This document shows, one piece after another, positions 63,869 to 64,000 of a DNA stretch of 64,000 bases. The notes under the pieces are model-generated. The model searched no databases. It worked only from the letters and a program-made list of their open reading frames with translations, and had not been told where the DNA came from. The position numbers and the translations under genes are program-made. The stretch spans positions 3,348,001 through 3,412,000 of the forward strand of contig NW_025766447.1 in NCBI RefSeq assembly GCF_003918875.1. Reading direction: 5' to 3'. The DNA is from Haliotis rubra. Its lineage: Eukaryota. Position 1 is the first letter of the stretch; each line of letters starts with the position of its first letter.

Positions 63869-64000
63869 GTGAGAAGGTGGTATATAGTTGACAACATTGC
63901 TGTTGTCATGACAAATCCTTCATACCAGATTCCAGTTGTTAATTTTGAATTTCCACAATGTATAAGTTCAGAGATAATTCTACTTTGAGAAGAACACGTT

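Overview
Repeat-rich, intron-containing animal genomic DNA, probably a marine invertebrate such as a mollusc (inferred from gene structure and SINE types; no database check). Five host genes can be reconstructed by hand from splice sites and reading frame: SEC61G (-), CCDC13 (+, 16 coding exons), SEM1/DSS1 (-), HSPBAP1 (+, JmjC) and the first three coding exons of a VWA7-like gene (+). There is also a possible terminal exon of an upstream gene. Mobile DNA includes a defective DIRS1-type tyrosine-recombinase retrotransposon with intact ITRs and internal complementary region, at least three SINE-like families, several MITEs, an L2/CR1 3' fragment and a degenerate Penelope-type hammerhead. Most ORFs in the supplied track are spurious. 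Main leads: (1) a ~230-bp retroposon family with no tRNA head, a fixed 5' end and a predicted pseudoknot, i.e. a candidate structured or self-processing RNA; (2) tandem repeats in CCDC13 that start at or contain splice donors, including ~65 decoy GTGAGT donors; (3) two 31-38 bp TIR-TIR remnants with 7-bp TSDs resembling P-element excision footprints; (4) a VWA7-like protein lacking the family's conserved His/Asp residues.
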